In this document: positions 39,306 through 51,938 of the stretch, in pieces | Position numbering within the stretch: position 1 is the first letter of the stretch | Layout of the letters: each line of letters begins with the position of its first letter | NCBI GenBank assembly: GCA_963514005.1 | Contig: OY740813.1 | Location: 24,552,001 to 24,616,000, forward strand | From: Raja brachyura | Lineage: Eukaryota | Reading direction: 5' to 3' | Length of the DNA stretch: 64,000 nucleotides | The notes under the pieces: model-generated | What the model saw: only the letters and a program-made list of their open reading frames with translations | What the model was told of the DNA's origin: nothing | Databases searched by the model: none | Program-made: the position numbers and the translations under genes

Positions 39306-39676
39306 AGGGCCTGTCCCACTTTCCCGAGCTGCTTACGAATTCTCCCGCGTTTTCCCCTTGATTCAAACTCGGAGAATGTTCGTAACGGGTCCGTAGGAGG
39401 CCTTAGATATATCGTAGTGGCTCGTTATGTCTGCCGTAGGTACTCGGGGCATTAAATGTTGCAATTTTTCTCCTCCCGACTATCTTTTTACTCGTGGACA
39501 TTTTTATGTCATGCTGGAAAAAACGTCCTGACATACCCGATGCCCCGAGTACCTACGGCTGACATAACGAGCCGCTACGGTATATCTACGGACCCGTTAC
39601 GTACATTCTCCGAGTTTTAATCAAGGGGAAAACTTGGGAGAATTCGTGAGCCGCTCGGGAAAGTGGGACAGGCCCT
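39306..39676. mobile_element. PIF/Harbinger-type MITE with long palindromic arms
   Basis: TIR AGGGCCTGTCCCACTTTCCCGAGC with its exact complement; arms pair for ~140 bp. Flanks are gta/tta (TTA TSD with one mismatch). Confidence 0.85.
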
Positions 39677-40617
39677 TTACTGCATTGCTTTTCTGGCCAA
39701 GACAGGCAGAGGGCAGATCTTCTAGCCTGAAGATTGCTGAACCAGATGGACTTTTAAGACAACCTAGTCAACAATGTCAAGGCTACCTTTATTCTGCTGT
39801 TATTTTCCGACTTACCAAGTCAGGTAAATGTGACGGTATTAAAGCTCGTATTTCTTCACTCAACCACCACCAACCTTTGATCCAGACCTCTTAATATTAA
39901 CCAAATAGTTTAAACACAAGCCAAATAAGTTAAAGACTATGCCATTAACACCACTCCACCTCGGTTTAATTTAGAGTACTCCCATTGCTATTCCACACTT
40001 GAATTTTTTTATGCCACCTGCGCAAAAAATCTTCTTCCACAATCCTAAACCTATTTCAGTCACTGTTATCTAGGTGATTTGTCACGGGCAATCATAAAAG
40101 GAGTTATTATAGCTAGCCTCCACCTGCCAGTGAATACTCCCTGCAGTACTGACCCATTTATAAAAGTGGAGTTAAGGGTTTTGACAGATGGTTACAAAAT
40201 CATTTCTCAGTATCCCCAAAATACTACTGCAGATTACTACATCTGATCAACTCCAAAGTCAAAATATATATTTTTTCTTAAAGCTTGCACATTTCTTGTA
40301 AACAGTGTTTTTACAAGACTGGAAATTCAGATTACATACCATTTTTTTTTTTTTACAGAATTAAGCTGAGCACAGTCAAAGGTTAATGGAGACGTTAGTG
40401 ACGCATTGCAATTTTGGATTACATAGACTGAGAACACCACTAACGCTAAAATGGGCCACGCAGCTGCTCGTACAAATAATATAAGCTGCAGAGAAAAGCA
40501 GATCATAACAGGGGGAAGCAGATACACTTGCAAAATGTAAATGGATGCACAATTTTTTTGGGGCAGTCAGTTACACAAGGTGATAATGATTAGAATGTAA
40601 CAAATACGAAAAGGGTC

Positions 40618-40938
40618 GTGTAGGAGGGAACTGCAGATGCTTGCTTAAACCAAAGGCAGCTTACAACCCAGTGGTATGATTTAATTTCTCTAACTTGAAG
40701 TAACCCCCACCCACCAGCTTCAAGGTCTCATTGTATGTACTCGTTTTCACATAACACACAGCTAACAATGGCCTGTTTCCTTTATCATAGTTACTTCTTT
40801 GCATATGTTTCATTCATTTGTTCTATATCTCTCGTTTCCCCTTCCCCTGACTGTCAGTCTAAAGAAGGGACTCGACCCGAAACGCCACATATTCCTTTTC
40901 TCTAGAGATGCTATCTGACCTGCTGAGTTACTCCAGCT
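40618..40938 (+). mobile_element. Penelope-like fragment with a short inverted pLTR piece
   Basis: ggcagcttacaacccagtggtatg…cagtctaaagaagggactcgacccgaaacg…, preceded by an inverted gtgtagg…actgcagatgc. Confidence 0.8.
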
Positions 40939-41769
40939 CAGGATCATTGATTTTCTACCGCTGCCCCATTTCCTTGCACTAGCCCATAGCCTTTGATCCC
41001 CTCAATTACCAGAGATTATGGGTCTCCATTTTGAATAAATTCAGTAACTAAACAGCAGTAAATTCCCAAAACTCCGATTTGGCATGAAGAAATTCTTCAC
41101 ACCCCTTAGCCTATCCCTTATTCAATTATCTTTGGAGTTTATAATAATTTCAGGTGATCTTAGCAAAAGTAAGGGACCTTAGTAAAGATGCCAAAGGTTA
41201 CAGGGGGAAGTGAATGGCAGAGCAGACTCGATGGGTTGAATGGCCTAATTCCGGTCCTATGGTCATTAGTAGGGATGGCTGTAAACATTGAGACCTTTCC
41301 AACTGTGCAAGAATCACGAATAAGTGTTACAAGATTAGTCAACAGTCATTTCACTGCACTTATATGTGTATGTGATGAATAAAATTTGCTATTTAAAACT
41401 GAGATTCTCAGATTATTGAATCTCAAAGCTTCTCTGCTGTGGAGACTCAATCATGAGGAAATATAAAGAGAAAGCAGATTTTTTTTTTAAAAAGAGGACT
41501 ATGGGAACAGGCACAGGAGATGAGACATGGGGCAATGAGCCACGATCATTCTGAGCAGCAGGGCCAGCGCAGTGGCCCACTCCTGCTCTAGTTCTTTATG
41601 TTCATATGTCCCCAAATCTTTAACCCTATATCTAGCAAAATTTAAGTAAAGAAATTAATTCCGGCAATCATTTTTTACATTTCAAATAGATGTCTTGTTC
41701 TTCTGCACTTTAAAGACCACAGTTCCAGTCTATGACCATGGCAAGTCAAGCCTTATGTTAATTGAGGTT

Positions 41770-42375
41770 TTTTTTGATGGTGGAGGGCATGGCAGTGGAG
41801 ATTGGTAAGGCAATGGACAAGGTCCCTCATGGCAGGCTAATCCAGAATATTAATATGCATGGCATCCAGAGTGTCTTGTTGGTTCAGAAATTGGTTATTC
41901 ATAATAGAAGCTTGTTATAGGGTCTGCAGGGGTAAGTTCTGGGAGTTTGCAGACGACAATAAATTGTGGTGACAGTGAAGCAGACCGTCAAAGGATACAA
42001 CAGGATACAGACCAGTTACAGATATGGGAAAGGAAATCCACACAACTAATAAAATAAGAGGCATAGATAGTGTCGACAGTCTTCCTCATGATGAAAATGT
42101 CGAATACTAATGAGCATAACTTTAAGGTGAGAGTGGAAAGTTCAAAGGAGATGCAACGGGAATCTTTCTCTGCACAGAGTGGGTGAGTGCCTGGTACGCA
42201 CTGCTAGGGGAGCAATCGAAGCAGATACGACAGTGGCATTTGTGGTGATCGGGCACATGAATGTGCAGGGAATGAAGAGATATGGATCACATGAAGGGAT
42301 TAGTTTAACATAGCATGTTTGGAACAGGCATAGTGGGCTGACGTACCTTTACCTATGCTATGTACCGTTTTATGT
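41770..42375 (+). mobile_element. Degraded, internally deleted CR1 LINE
   Basis: gacaaggtccctcatggcaggct (DKVPHGRL), tttgcagacgac (FADD) and a CR1-type 3' UTR. Confidence 0.7.
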
Positions 42376-44603
42376 TTAACACGTTAACAGTAGTTTTAAT
42401 TGTTGAGATAGTTCATCTGATCTATGGATTGGCAATTTAGGTCTTGGCAGCTACTGCTTTATTTTGTTCTGCCTTTGTGCCTTTATGCAGAAACTTTCAC
42501 ATACACGCCCCATCATCGATCTTCTCACCAGACTTTTCGTCACCCAGAGGTAGTGCATCTCTTCACCCAGAGGGTAGCGAATCCTTGGAATTCTCCACCC
42601 AAAAGGATTGCGGTAGCTCAGTCACTAAGAATGCTGGGGACAAATTTATCCATAGATATTTGGAGATATGGGGTTCATGGAGGAAAATGGCAGGAGATTA
42701 AAAAATCAGCCATGATCTTGCAGGGAAAATGTGAGGGAACCCGACACGTGATTTATACATATTATGAAATACAATACATTGCTGAGCTGAAGTCTTCCAT
42801 TCAAACAAATCATTGTAATCAACTCCAACAACAATAATAGTATAATACATAATAGTACGATCACTTAACATATGAATAAAATAGTTTAGTTATGAGATTA
42901 GGGACCTTGTTTAGATAGTCTCTTGGCTAAATGCCTACTTCATTTTGTTACACTCGTATAAAGAGCATTTAAACACATTACTTTAGGAACATAATGGACT
43001 CACTAAATTATTACAGTATCTATCTTGTTGTTAACCTTTGCCAATTTTTATTACTCCTATCTATAGAATGAACATACTAATTGAGGAAATGGAATGGCTG
43101 AGAAGAACTGAAACTCATAAAATACCAAGGTTCCATGCAAGTTAATTACGCTTAAAAATGATTCTAAAATATAAAATTATTTACTTCTATTTTCTGTCTT
43201 GGACAGGACTTTTGAGCCAAGGAGCTAAAATGCCCATCAGCTTTAGCACCTCGTATCTCACACAATTTCCTTTCAATATTATCACACAATGTCCTTAAAT
43301 AACAGGTCAGGCTAACAATTAAACATTACAATCAGGAGATCATCCAATAAAGCTTCAAAGACTGGGTTATAATAGGTGCCACATTAACTATAATGACTGC
43401 ACAATCCATTGTCACACTATCCTGAATGGTTATGAAAAAGCAACCATTAGGTTTAATGCTCATTGCTTTCATGTGGCAAATTTCTGCAGCCTCGTCTCCT
43501 GTTGTCTCAATGTCAGAAATCAAAGCTAAGTCCAACAGTTCAATCAATCAAGATCAGGGACAAAAAAAAGAGATCCATACCAAAAGCTTCAGATCAACAA
43601 GGCACTGGCGTGGATGTCTCGATGCTCTGGATCTCAACACAATGACAACCAGCTGGTGCAGGTCTCATCCATTTCAACTGTCGCTGTCAACCGCTATGAC
43701 ATGGAACTGGACGGCACAAGTGTAATGCTATTTCCAACACTGAAATAATCAAGTCAGTACTTTCCTCAAGAAAGACTTGATTTTCCCAGCTCTTCTCTGT
43801 CATTGGAAATTATATTCACTTACAAAAGGTCGAGGTTCTAAGCTTAGAAGCTGACAAGACAGGGATTAGTTTTAATCCTCTGGCGGCAATGTCATCTGAA
43901 TAAAAATGTTTTGTGTTTAAATATCATTCGAGACACTTGTGTAGATATTCCTGGCAGCCACTGTCACGCAGTACTGGGAATGCACTGCACTGCCAGAGAT
44001 GGCACAATGCAAATAAAACATTGAACTCATTCTCTTTTCAACCTTCCAAAGTGATTGAATAATTGAACTCTAAAATGATGATCGCCTGAACTTTGATGTG
44101 TTTGATAAAGCTTACATCTGGTCAATAATATTTAGGTGCTTAGAGAGAACATTCTTGGTCCTCTGTTCTCTAATATTTAAAGTCATGGGAACAAATTCAT
44201 ATATGCATCATTTGGATTTATCCAACTCAATTATCTGCACAGGTCAGTTTGTAAAAATGTATCCTAGTGTTATTAAACATCTGAAGTTAAATAGTCACCT
44301 GTTCATTCAACAATATTGTTAGTCTAGTTGGCTTGACACCAGCAAACACCTTTGTGACTAAAATCTGCAAATTACAATTTCGACATTCATATCAGAAAGT
44401 CTGGTTTAATACAAATCTCCTAGTCGATACATTATTTGTAGAAATCATGAGAAAACTGCACACTCGTGTTTAAACAGAATTCTTATTTCCTAGCCAAGTA
44501 TACTTGCACATATTTTAGTTGCTGAGAGGCATGTGGTGGAAGAATCTAAACCAACACTTTAAAGGAACATATAGGGGTTAACAATTGCAACTGTCCTTAG
44601 TAA

Positions 44604-45054
44604 AGCCCCTGTCCCACTATACAGCGTAATTCACAAGTTATCCCGAGTTTCCCTGATTCGAACTCGGAGAATTACGGTAATAGCCGCTCGTAGGTACTCG
44701 GGGACTCTCGTGGACACTCTGGGGTGGAGATTGCAACCTTCACGTGGTCCGCCCTGTTTCGACTACTGCAATCAACTCGATGTGCACAAACGGAAGATCA
44801 AATAGAACAGAACATGTTGTCCTACAACTTTAGGCTGTGCACGCCACACGAAAGAAGAACAAGTGGACACTCTCCGCACTGTTGAAAAAATTTCACGAGC
44901 TTACCGTGTTTCTCCGAGTACCTGCCGTTAGCATTACGAGCCGCTAAGAGACGTCCTGAGCTCCAACGTACCCGCTACGTACTTACAACGAGTTTGATTT
45001 ATTTTTTTAATTCGGGAGAGCTCTTGGTTAAACTCGTATAGTGGGACAGGCCCT
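44604..45054. mobile_element. PIF/Harbinger-type MITE carrying a nested insertion
   Basis: TAA|AGCCCCTGTCCCACTATAC…GTATAGTGGGACAGGCCCT|TAA; internal sequence is related to 39306-39676. Confidence 0.88.
44721..44862 (+). mobile_element. Short retro-insertion (LINE/SINE 3' end) with 11-bp TSD
   Basis: Exact GTGGACACTCT at 44710-44720 and 44863-44873; ends in an aagaagaacaa tail. Confidence 0.8.
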
Positions 45055-45468
45055 TAACAAGTGGCTTCAAATTGATTATTTGCTGCTTTGATAATCTACT
45101 CAATCCCTTCCCATCTAATTGTTCAATGAGAAATGTTTTCCGTGTTGCAGTCTTGTTGATTGCTGTGATGCTAACCATTCTCCCAAACGCATGACAAAAC
45201 CCTAAACTCAAGTTCCTCACTCATCTAATGAAAAAGTACCAACACTAGCGTAATAGCATCAAATTATTTTCCTGTCATAATCTTTCTTCAGATGCTCCAG
45301 AATTTGCTTTTAAATGTAACAATTGATGTGCACCAATAATTCCATACAATCAATTATCAAACTCCTTAAAATCTGTCTGTAATGGACCACCACATTGAAG
45401 CAACAGCGCAAAAGAACACCAACGCCTCTATCTTGATAGATCCTCACAAGACCGAGACATTTTGGCAT

Positions 45469-46108
45469 GTTTAGTTTAGTTTAGAGATACAGCGTAGAAA
45501 CAGGCCCTTCAGCCCAATGAGTCCGTGTGGACAAACGATTCCCGCACACCAACACTATGCTACACACACTTGGAACTGCCCGGGGCAGCTTCGACCGCCC
45601 CGGGCCGCGGAGTTGAACCGGCCCGTTCACGGAGCACGGTTCAGCCACGGGACTTACTTACATCACCCGGTGGGGTCATAACATCGGAGGCCTGGATCGC
45701 CTCAGCGCAGAGGAAGAACAAGAAGGGAAGAGACAAAGACTTACGATTTTGCCTTTCATCACAGTGAGGTGGTGTCTGGTGAACTCACTGTGGTAGATGT
45801 TAAATATGTGTTTATTGTGTGTTTTGTTATTTACTATATGTATGACTGCAAGGCAACAAAAGTTCGTTCAGACCGAAAGGTCTGAATGACAATAAAGTTT
45901 CCATGATTCCATGAATTATACCAAGCCAATTAACCTATAAACCCGTATGTCTTTGGAGTGTGGATGGAAACCGGAGCACCGGAGAAAACCCACGCAGGTA
46001 AATGGAGGAACATACAAACTCCATACAGACAGCACCCATAGTCAAGATCGAACCCGGGTCTTTGGCACTGTAAGGCAGTAACTCTACTGCTGCGCCAACG
46101 TGTCGCCC
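45469..46108 (-). mobile_element. HE1-like SINE interrupted at ~45575-45913
   Basis: (tttag)n tail at 45469-45485; the body resumes at 45914 (attataccaagccaattaacc). Confidence 0.85.
45575..45913 (+). mobile_element. Unclassified CpG-rich non-LTR 3' fragment or SINE
   Basis: Ends with the hairpin TTCAGACC-GAAA-GGTCTGAA, then TGACAATAAA and a (ttccatga)2 tail. Confidence 0.6.
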
Positions 46109-47255
46109 ATTTGGCTCCAATGCTCTTACAAACTTCTACAGGTGCACTGTTTGGGAACAGGCTCTGTCCAGGACCGCTAGAAATTGCGGAGTTGTGGATG
46201 TAGCCCAGTCTATCTAACAGACCAGACTCCCTACCATTGACTCCATCTACACTTTATGCTGCCTCAGTAAAGCAACCAATGTAATCAAAGACTTGTCCCA
46301 CTTCAGTCATTCCTACTTCTCCCTGCTCTAATTAGTCAGAAGGTACTGAAAGCGCATAGCACAAGCCTCTGGAATAGCTTCTGTCGGTCTCATCAAGCTT
46401 CCGAACAGTCCTACTCTCATCTTCCTTATTAACAACAGGGAATATTTTCACTGGAACTGTTTTGCTACAATGCTGAGAACTATATTCTACACTCTGGTAT
46501 CTCTCTCTTTGCTCCATCTACTGTGCTTGAGTTTGGCTTGATCGTATTCATGTATAGTATTATCTAATTTGATTGGTACCGCACAAACAAAACATTTTCA
46601 CTGTACACGTAACAATAATAAACCTAAACTTTAACTATTCTTTCAACCTACGTTTCTGCTTCACCCAAATGCATGCATCCTTTCTATTGGAACATTAACA
46701 CGAGAGGAAACCACGTTTTACTTTTTGTCTCGTTTGCTTTTTAATCGTTTAAAAACTGTTCTGGGATACGTTGGGGAAAACGTGGATTTTTAATTGTCAA
46801 TATATTGCAGTCCCATCTTGTGAGGCAGTTCGAAGGGCAGACTGTTTGTTACGTACATCACAAAATGGAATCATTTTAGATCAGACAACTTGCCATTGTG
46901 CAGCATTCTAGATGAAAAAGCAACCAAATAACCATTACAAACCCATACGTTTATGACATTATTCCCCACATAAATTAACAAACATTTAATGTTATTAAAT
47001 TGAAGGCAGGAAACTAATCAAGAGAATAAAAATAGGCATTGAAGTTATATTTTATTATTCATTATGTTTTATTATTAATGTTTAATGTTTTATGTGGCAT
47101 TCCTAACTGTCACTGTATGTCATCTGGTCACTTGTGGCAGGAGCACCAAGGCAAATTCCTTGTATGTGAATACTTGGCCAATAAACTTATTCATAAACTT
47201 TTCTAGATACTCCAAATCCCTGGAAGCAAGAAATCTTCTCCAGCCATCATTATTA

Positions 47256-47905
47256 ACATAGAAACATAGAAATTAGGTGCAGGAGTAGGCCATTCGGCCC
47301 TTCGAGCCTGCACCGCCATTCAATATGATCATGGCTGATCATCCAACTCAGTATCCCGTACCTGCCTTCTCTCCATACCCTCTGATCCCCTTAGCCACAA
47401 GGGCCACATCTAACTCCCTCTTAAATATAGCCAATGAACTGGCCTCAACTACCCTCTGTGGCAGAGAGTTCCAGAGACCCACCACTCTCTGTGTGAAAAA
47501 AGTCCTTCTCATCTCGGTCCTAAAGGATTTCCCCCTTATCCTTAAGCTGTGACCCCTTGTCCTGGACCTCCCCAACATCGGGAACAATCTTCCTGCATCT
47601 AGCCTGTCCAATCCCTTAAGAATTTTGTCAGTTTCTATAAGATCCCCTCTCAATCTCCTAAATTCTAGAAAGTATAAACCGAGTCTATGCAGTCTTTGTT
47701 CATAAGACAGTCCTGACATCCCAGGAATCAGTCTGGTGAACCTTCTCTGCACTCCCTCTATGGCAATAATGTCCTTCCTCAGATCTGGAGACCAGAACTG
47801 TACGCAATACTCCAGGTGTGGTCTCACCAAGACCCTATACAACTGAAGTAGAACCTCCCTGCTTCTATACTCAAATCCTTTTGCTATGAAAGCTAACATA
47901 CCATT
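47256..47905 (-). mobile_element. Young CR1/HER1 LINE 3' fragment
   Basis: Uninterrupted ORF2 C-terminus (…LYRVLVRPHLEYCVQFWSP…RTRGHSLRI…TQRVVGLWNSLP…) and a (TTTCTATG)n tail. Confidence 0.95.
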
Positions 47906-49469
47906 AACTCCAATGACGTTACACAATTTTTAGTGTGAGCATAGTTGCAAAAACTTCATATTGAAGAGTTGTAATATAAGACATTACTTGCTTAATTTTA
48001 CCAATTAGAATTATTAAAACCTATAAAGCACAATTTCAATATTCAGCCGAGTGTTTCAGTCAATTAGTGTTGTACAATATAAATACTGCTCAAATTCTTT
48101 GCCTAACAGAAGTGGAATGCAAGGGTTTTGTTAGCACTTCACATTGCCTTTAAAAAACATCAACTAGTATATGTTAATTGCTCTTACATTTATCTTAATT
48201 TTCACCATGGGCTGTCTAATGTGGAGTATCTCCCATATGTTCAAAAACAAATCTAAGTGAGCTGACTCTATCAACACTTACAAAAAATTAACACAACAGC
48301 AATTAGCAGTCTTCAAGTGATCCCCTCCCCCATTCCCCATTCTTTCCACTGTTTCATCATAAACTCACAAGTTAACCTGTATGAACTAGCGTAATTCCTC
48401 TTCCACAGAATGCCTGTCAAAAAGCAAGCTGTCTAATCCCAACCATGTTTTTTGTTTAAATGAGCAGCCCATTTCAGCTCCTGTTGTCAAATATATTTGT
48501 TTTTTACTACCTTCACTATGCTCTTCTCAGTTCTACGCTGGGTCATTTACAAAGACACACAGAGGCCCACAGAATGAGACCAACTGCAAAAGGAGAAACT
48601 ATTTACTGCCTTAATTTGACTTTATGAACAGAACGATAATTGCCTCATTACACTTTTCAACGCAACTAAACCGTATGCATCACCAAACCATTTCATCAAA
48701 AAGCAGCTGGAGGCTGAGGCAGATACACATGTATAATTCTGGAATAAATACTTGGTAAACAACTAAGGATTTAGGCGTCAATTATACACGTTCCATTTAT
48801 GATATTAGCTTTCAGCATTATAGCAGGCAACATACTGCTACAGAAAAAATACTTAGAACAAATATCCTATCATTTTTAACGATACACTTCTCACGCGACA
48901 TGGTTAATTCATCATTTTAAATTGCTATGATCGTCTGCATGAGACCTGTAACCACCAGCGCATCACACACAAGTACATCAGCTGAAAATTCTCTGGAGTT
49001 GCAACCCAACTTTCAACAGGACCAAGTGTAGATTGTGTCCCTTAACTGTTTTGCTGAGTTAGTGTGGGGAAAATAAATAAGGTATAGCCCTTAATGTTCC
49101 ATGCAAAAAGAAATTGGAATTATATAACCAAACCGAAAATAATCGAATATAGAAAGCTGCAGGATATTAGCAAAACAATTGAGCAAAACTAAATTTTCTC
49201 CAGATCAGCATCTCCAATTTAGGGAATTTCTTGCAAGCATTGCAAGCAATTGTTCCTGTAGTTTTATTAGATCCACAGATGAAAGATGCTATGGTGCAAG
49301 AAATGGAAAATGGTGATGCATTGGGGATGAGTGCCAATGTCACATGGGAATGGAGGGCCCCGAGTGCATATTAATACAAAAGATCGCTGGGCACATAACC
49401 AGTGCAACACCCAGGGTAGAACAAGGTCTCACCCAGTAACAACACAGTCAAGAAAGCAATAAATGCAGA

Positions 49470-50720
49470 GGTTGACCGTTCAGCCTCGTGTGTCAGTTTT
49501 GTTATTCAGCAAGATCTCAGCACTACATTCATGTGCCCTCCCATATTCCTTGATTTCCTAAATGTTCCATCAATCACCGTCATCAAATATTTGTTTACGT
49601 ATTAGCCGAGCTTTCTCAACAAGCTTGGTAGAGAATTTCTGAGATTTATCACATCATAGAGTGAAGAAACGTCTTCACACAGAACGTCTGCCTCTTGATA
49701 TAAAGACCATGCTCCCTGGTTCTCAGCACTCAGCTGTGGAAAATGAGGTTTATATCTACTGTCAGCTCACCTCACTCTTCTAACTTGAGTGTATCTAAAG
49801 AATAATGCCCTTCCTCCTGCCTTGGGGTGCAAGTCATCACGCCTGGAGGATTTATCTTCTTACAATCCGTTTCTGATAGGTTGTCTTACTAATGTTAATT
49901 TCTTTCATCCAGACTCTACCAGTTGTCCACCATTACTTCTGGGATTTTTCCTTTCTTCTTCCATGAAGACAAAATACTTAATTTCTCTGTCAATTTTCTT
50001 ATTCCCCACTTCCTGTCTGTCTGTATGAAACCCACATTACCGTTGGCCAATCTTTTTCTTTTCACAAATCCTTGTAAGCCCTTTCCATGTCTGTTCATAT
50101 TTCTCAATCTCAGGCTCGGTTCTGAAGGTTTCTCCCTCTGAGGGCTCGCTGCTTCTTTTATCAACATTTTCCGTTGAAATAATATTGTTGTATTTTTGGG
50201 CCATTAGGAGATCTATAAATTTAATGTCAACTAAATTAATTAACATTTTAACCATTGCTGACTTAACGTACCACGTTAATTTAGTTTTCCTCACTCCCAA
50301 AGCCATTTCACACCTCATTTCTTTGTAGTTTGTTTCAGATTTAAGACCCTTGTTTTATATTGGACAAGATCGCTTTCAATTTTATTAAAAGACCATCGCA
50401 TGATGGTCCCTACCTCCCACGTTATAAATTAATCCTCTTACTCGATCTACAATACTCTGTCCCTTCATTAGTGCTCAAAATACTGATCTGGAAAACCAAC
50501 TAATCCACTCCAGGAATTTGTGCTGCACACTATTACTACAACTTTGGTCTACCCCAATTATAAGTAGATAAGAATCCTCAATCATTTTACTACCCGAGTA
50601 ACACATACTTCAAATTATTGTTCACCACAACTATGATTAGATAACAATTGCCGCCAATTATTTATTCTGCTTATCATTTCTTATCTTCACCCAAATAGAT
50701 ATCTCTTTTGAATTTTCTGA
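49470..50720 (-). mobile_element. Very old CR1-like LINE remnants
   Basis: A CR1-type 3' UTR-like block at 49470-49740 and decayed ORF2-like sequence (KGLQGFVKRKR…GNVG). Confidence 0.5.
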
Positions 50721-51332
50721 AATAAGATCCTACCTACTACAGACCCTTCCCGTACCACAGAGATGATGTATTTTTCCATCTTGATTCTCTTCCATGACTA
50801 CATAGCAATCCTCAGCACTGGTCACAAAACAGTTACATAGTCGTGTGGCTTTTCCACAAGATCTATCAATTTCCAGTCTTAATCATCTTATACTAATTCA
50901 CATAAGGCTCACGTAGAAATCTGGTGATTACTACTTCTGAGACTCCACTATTTCATTTAGACTCTTTTTAACCTGTAACATTGATTGCCAAAATTTAATT
51001 TTACTCTAACATTTCTTAATCATGCGGATAATGACCCATCAACAATGAAGGAGCAGTGACATATTCACGAATCAGGATGATGTACAATTTGGTCATTTAC
51101 CATGCGCCTTTTTATGCTGCCCTCGACTCTCTAGAGGGGAGATTATGAGGATACCCAGGGAATGACCGTAAATCGTACCATGGGTAGAACAGTGGCCAAG
51201 GTATCCAGACGATGGTGATAGGATTGGCTTACAAATAACCAGACTGATTTATCCTAGATAATACAGCAATCTCTTCCTGTTCCAGGTTACACCCATCAAG
51301 GTGAGAGTAGGCCATTACAATAAGGACTTGCA

Positions 51333-51460
51333 AAAGAAGGGTCTCGACCCGAAACGTCACCCATTCCTTCTCTCCAGAGATGCTGCCTGTCCCGCTGAGT
51401 TACTCCAGCATTTGTGTCTACCTTCAAAGTAAACCAACATCTGCAGTTCTTTCCTACACA
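51333..51460 (+). mobile_element. Penelope pLTR short repeat, well preserved
   Basis: aagaagggtctcgacccgaaacgtcacccattcc…cctacaca, flanked by a cttgcaaaag direct repeat. Confidence 0.85.
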
Positions 51461-51534
51461 CCTTGCAAAAGGTGGTCATTGTTGAGATAGGTTGGAAAGG
51501 TTCAAAGACATAATATTAAGCCTCTGGCTCACTA

Positions 51535-51938
51535 TTTAGTTTAGTTTAGCTTTGTTTAGAGATACAACGCGGAAACAGGCCCTACAGCCCATGCCGGCCA
51601 GCAATCCCTGTACATTAACACTATCTTACACACACGAGGGACAAATGTAAAATTGTCCGTCGTGTGTAGGAAAGAACTGCAGATGCTGGTTTAAATTGAA
51701 GGTAGACACAAAATGCTGGAGTAACTCAGCGGGACAGGCAGCATCTTAATTAGCCTACAAGCCTGTACATCTTTGGAGTGCGGGTGGAAACCGAAGATCT
51801 TGGAGAAAACCCACACAGGTCACGGGGAGGACGTAAAACTCCGCACAGGCACCACCCGTAGTCGGGATTGAACCCGGGTCTCCGGCGCTGCATCTGCAGT
51901 AAGGCAGCAACTCTACCGCTGCCCCACCGTGCCGCCCA
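51535..51938 (-). mobile_element. HE1-like SINE with a nested Penelope pLTR piece (51663-51746)
   Basis: SINE tail and head flank tgtgtaggaaagaactgcagatgctgg…ggcagcatct. Confidence 0.85.

Larger units (their letters stand above)
45380..46630 (+). mobile_element. Rex1-like LINE fragment hosting a nested SINE
   Basis: tggaccaccacattgaa…caacgcctcta (45382-45468) continues after the SINE at ~46110 (caaacttctacaggtgc) to a tttcactgtac…aataataaac tail. Confidence 0.7.
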
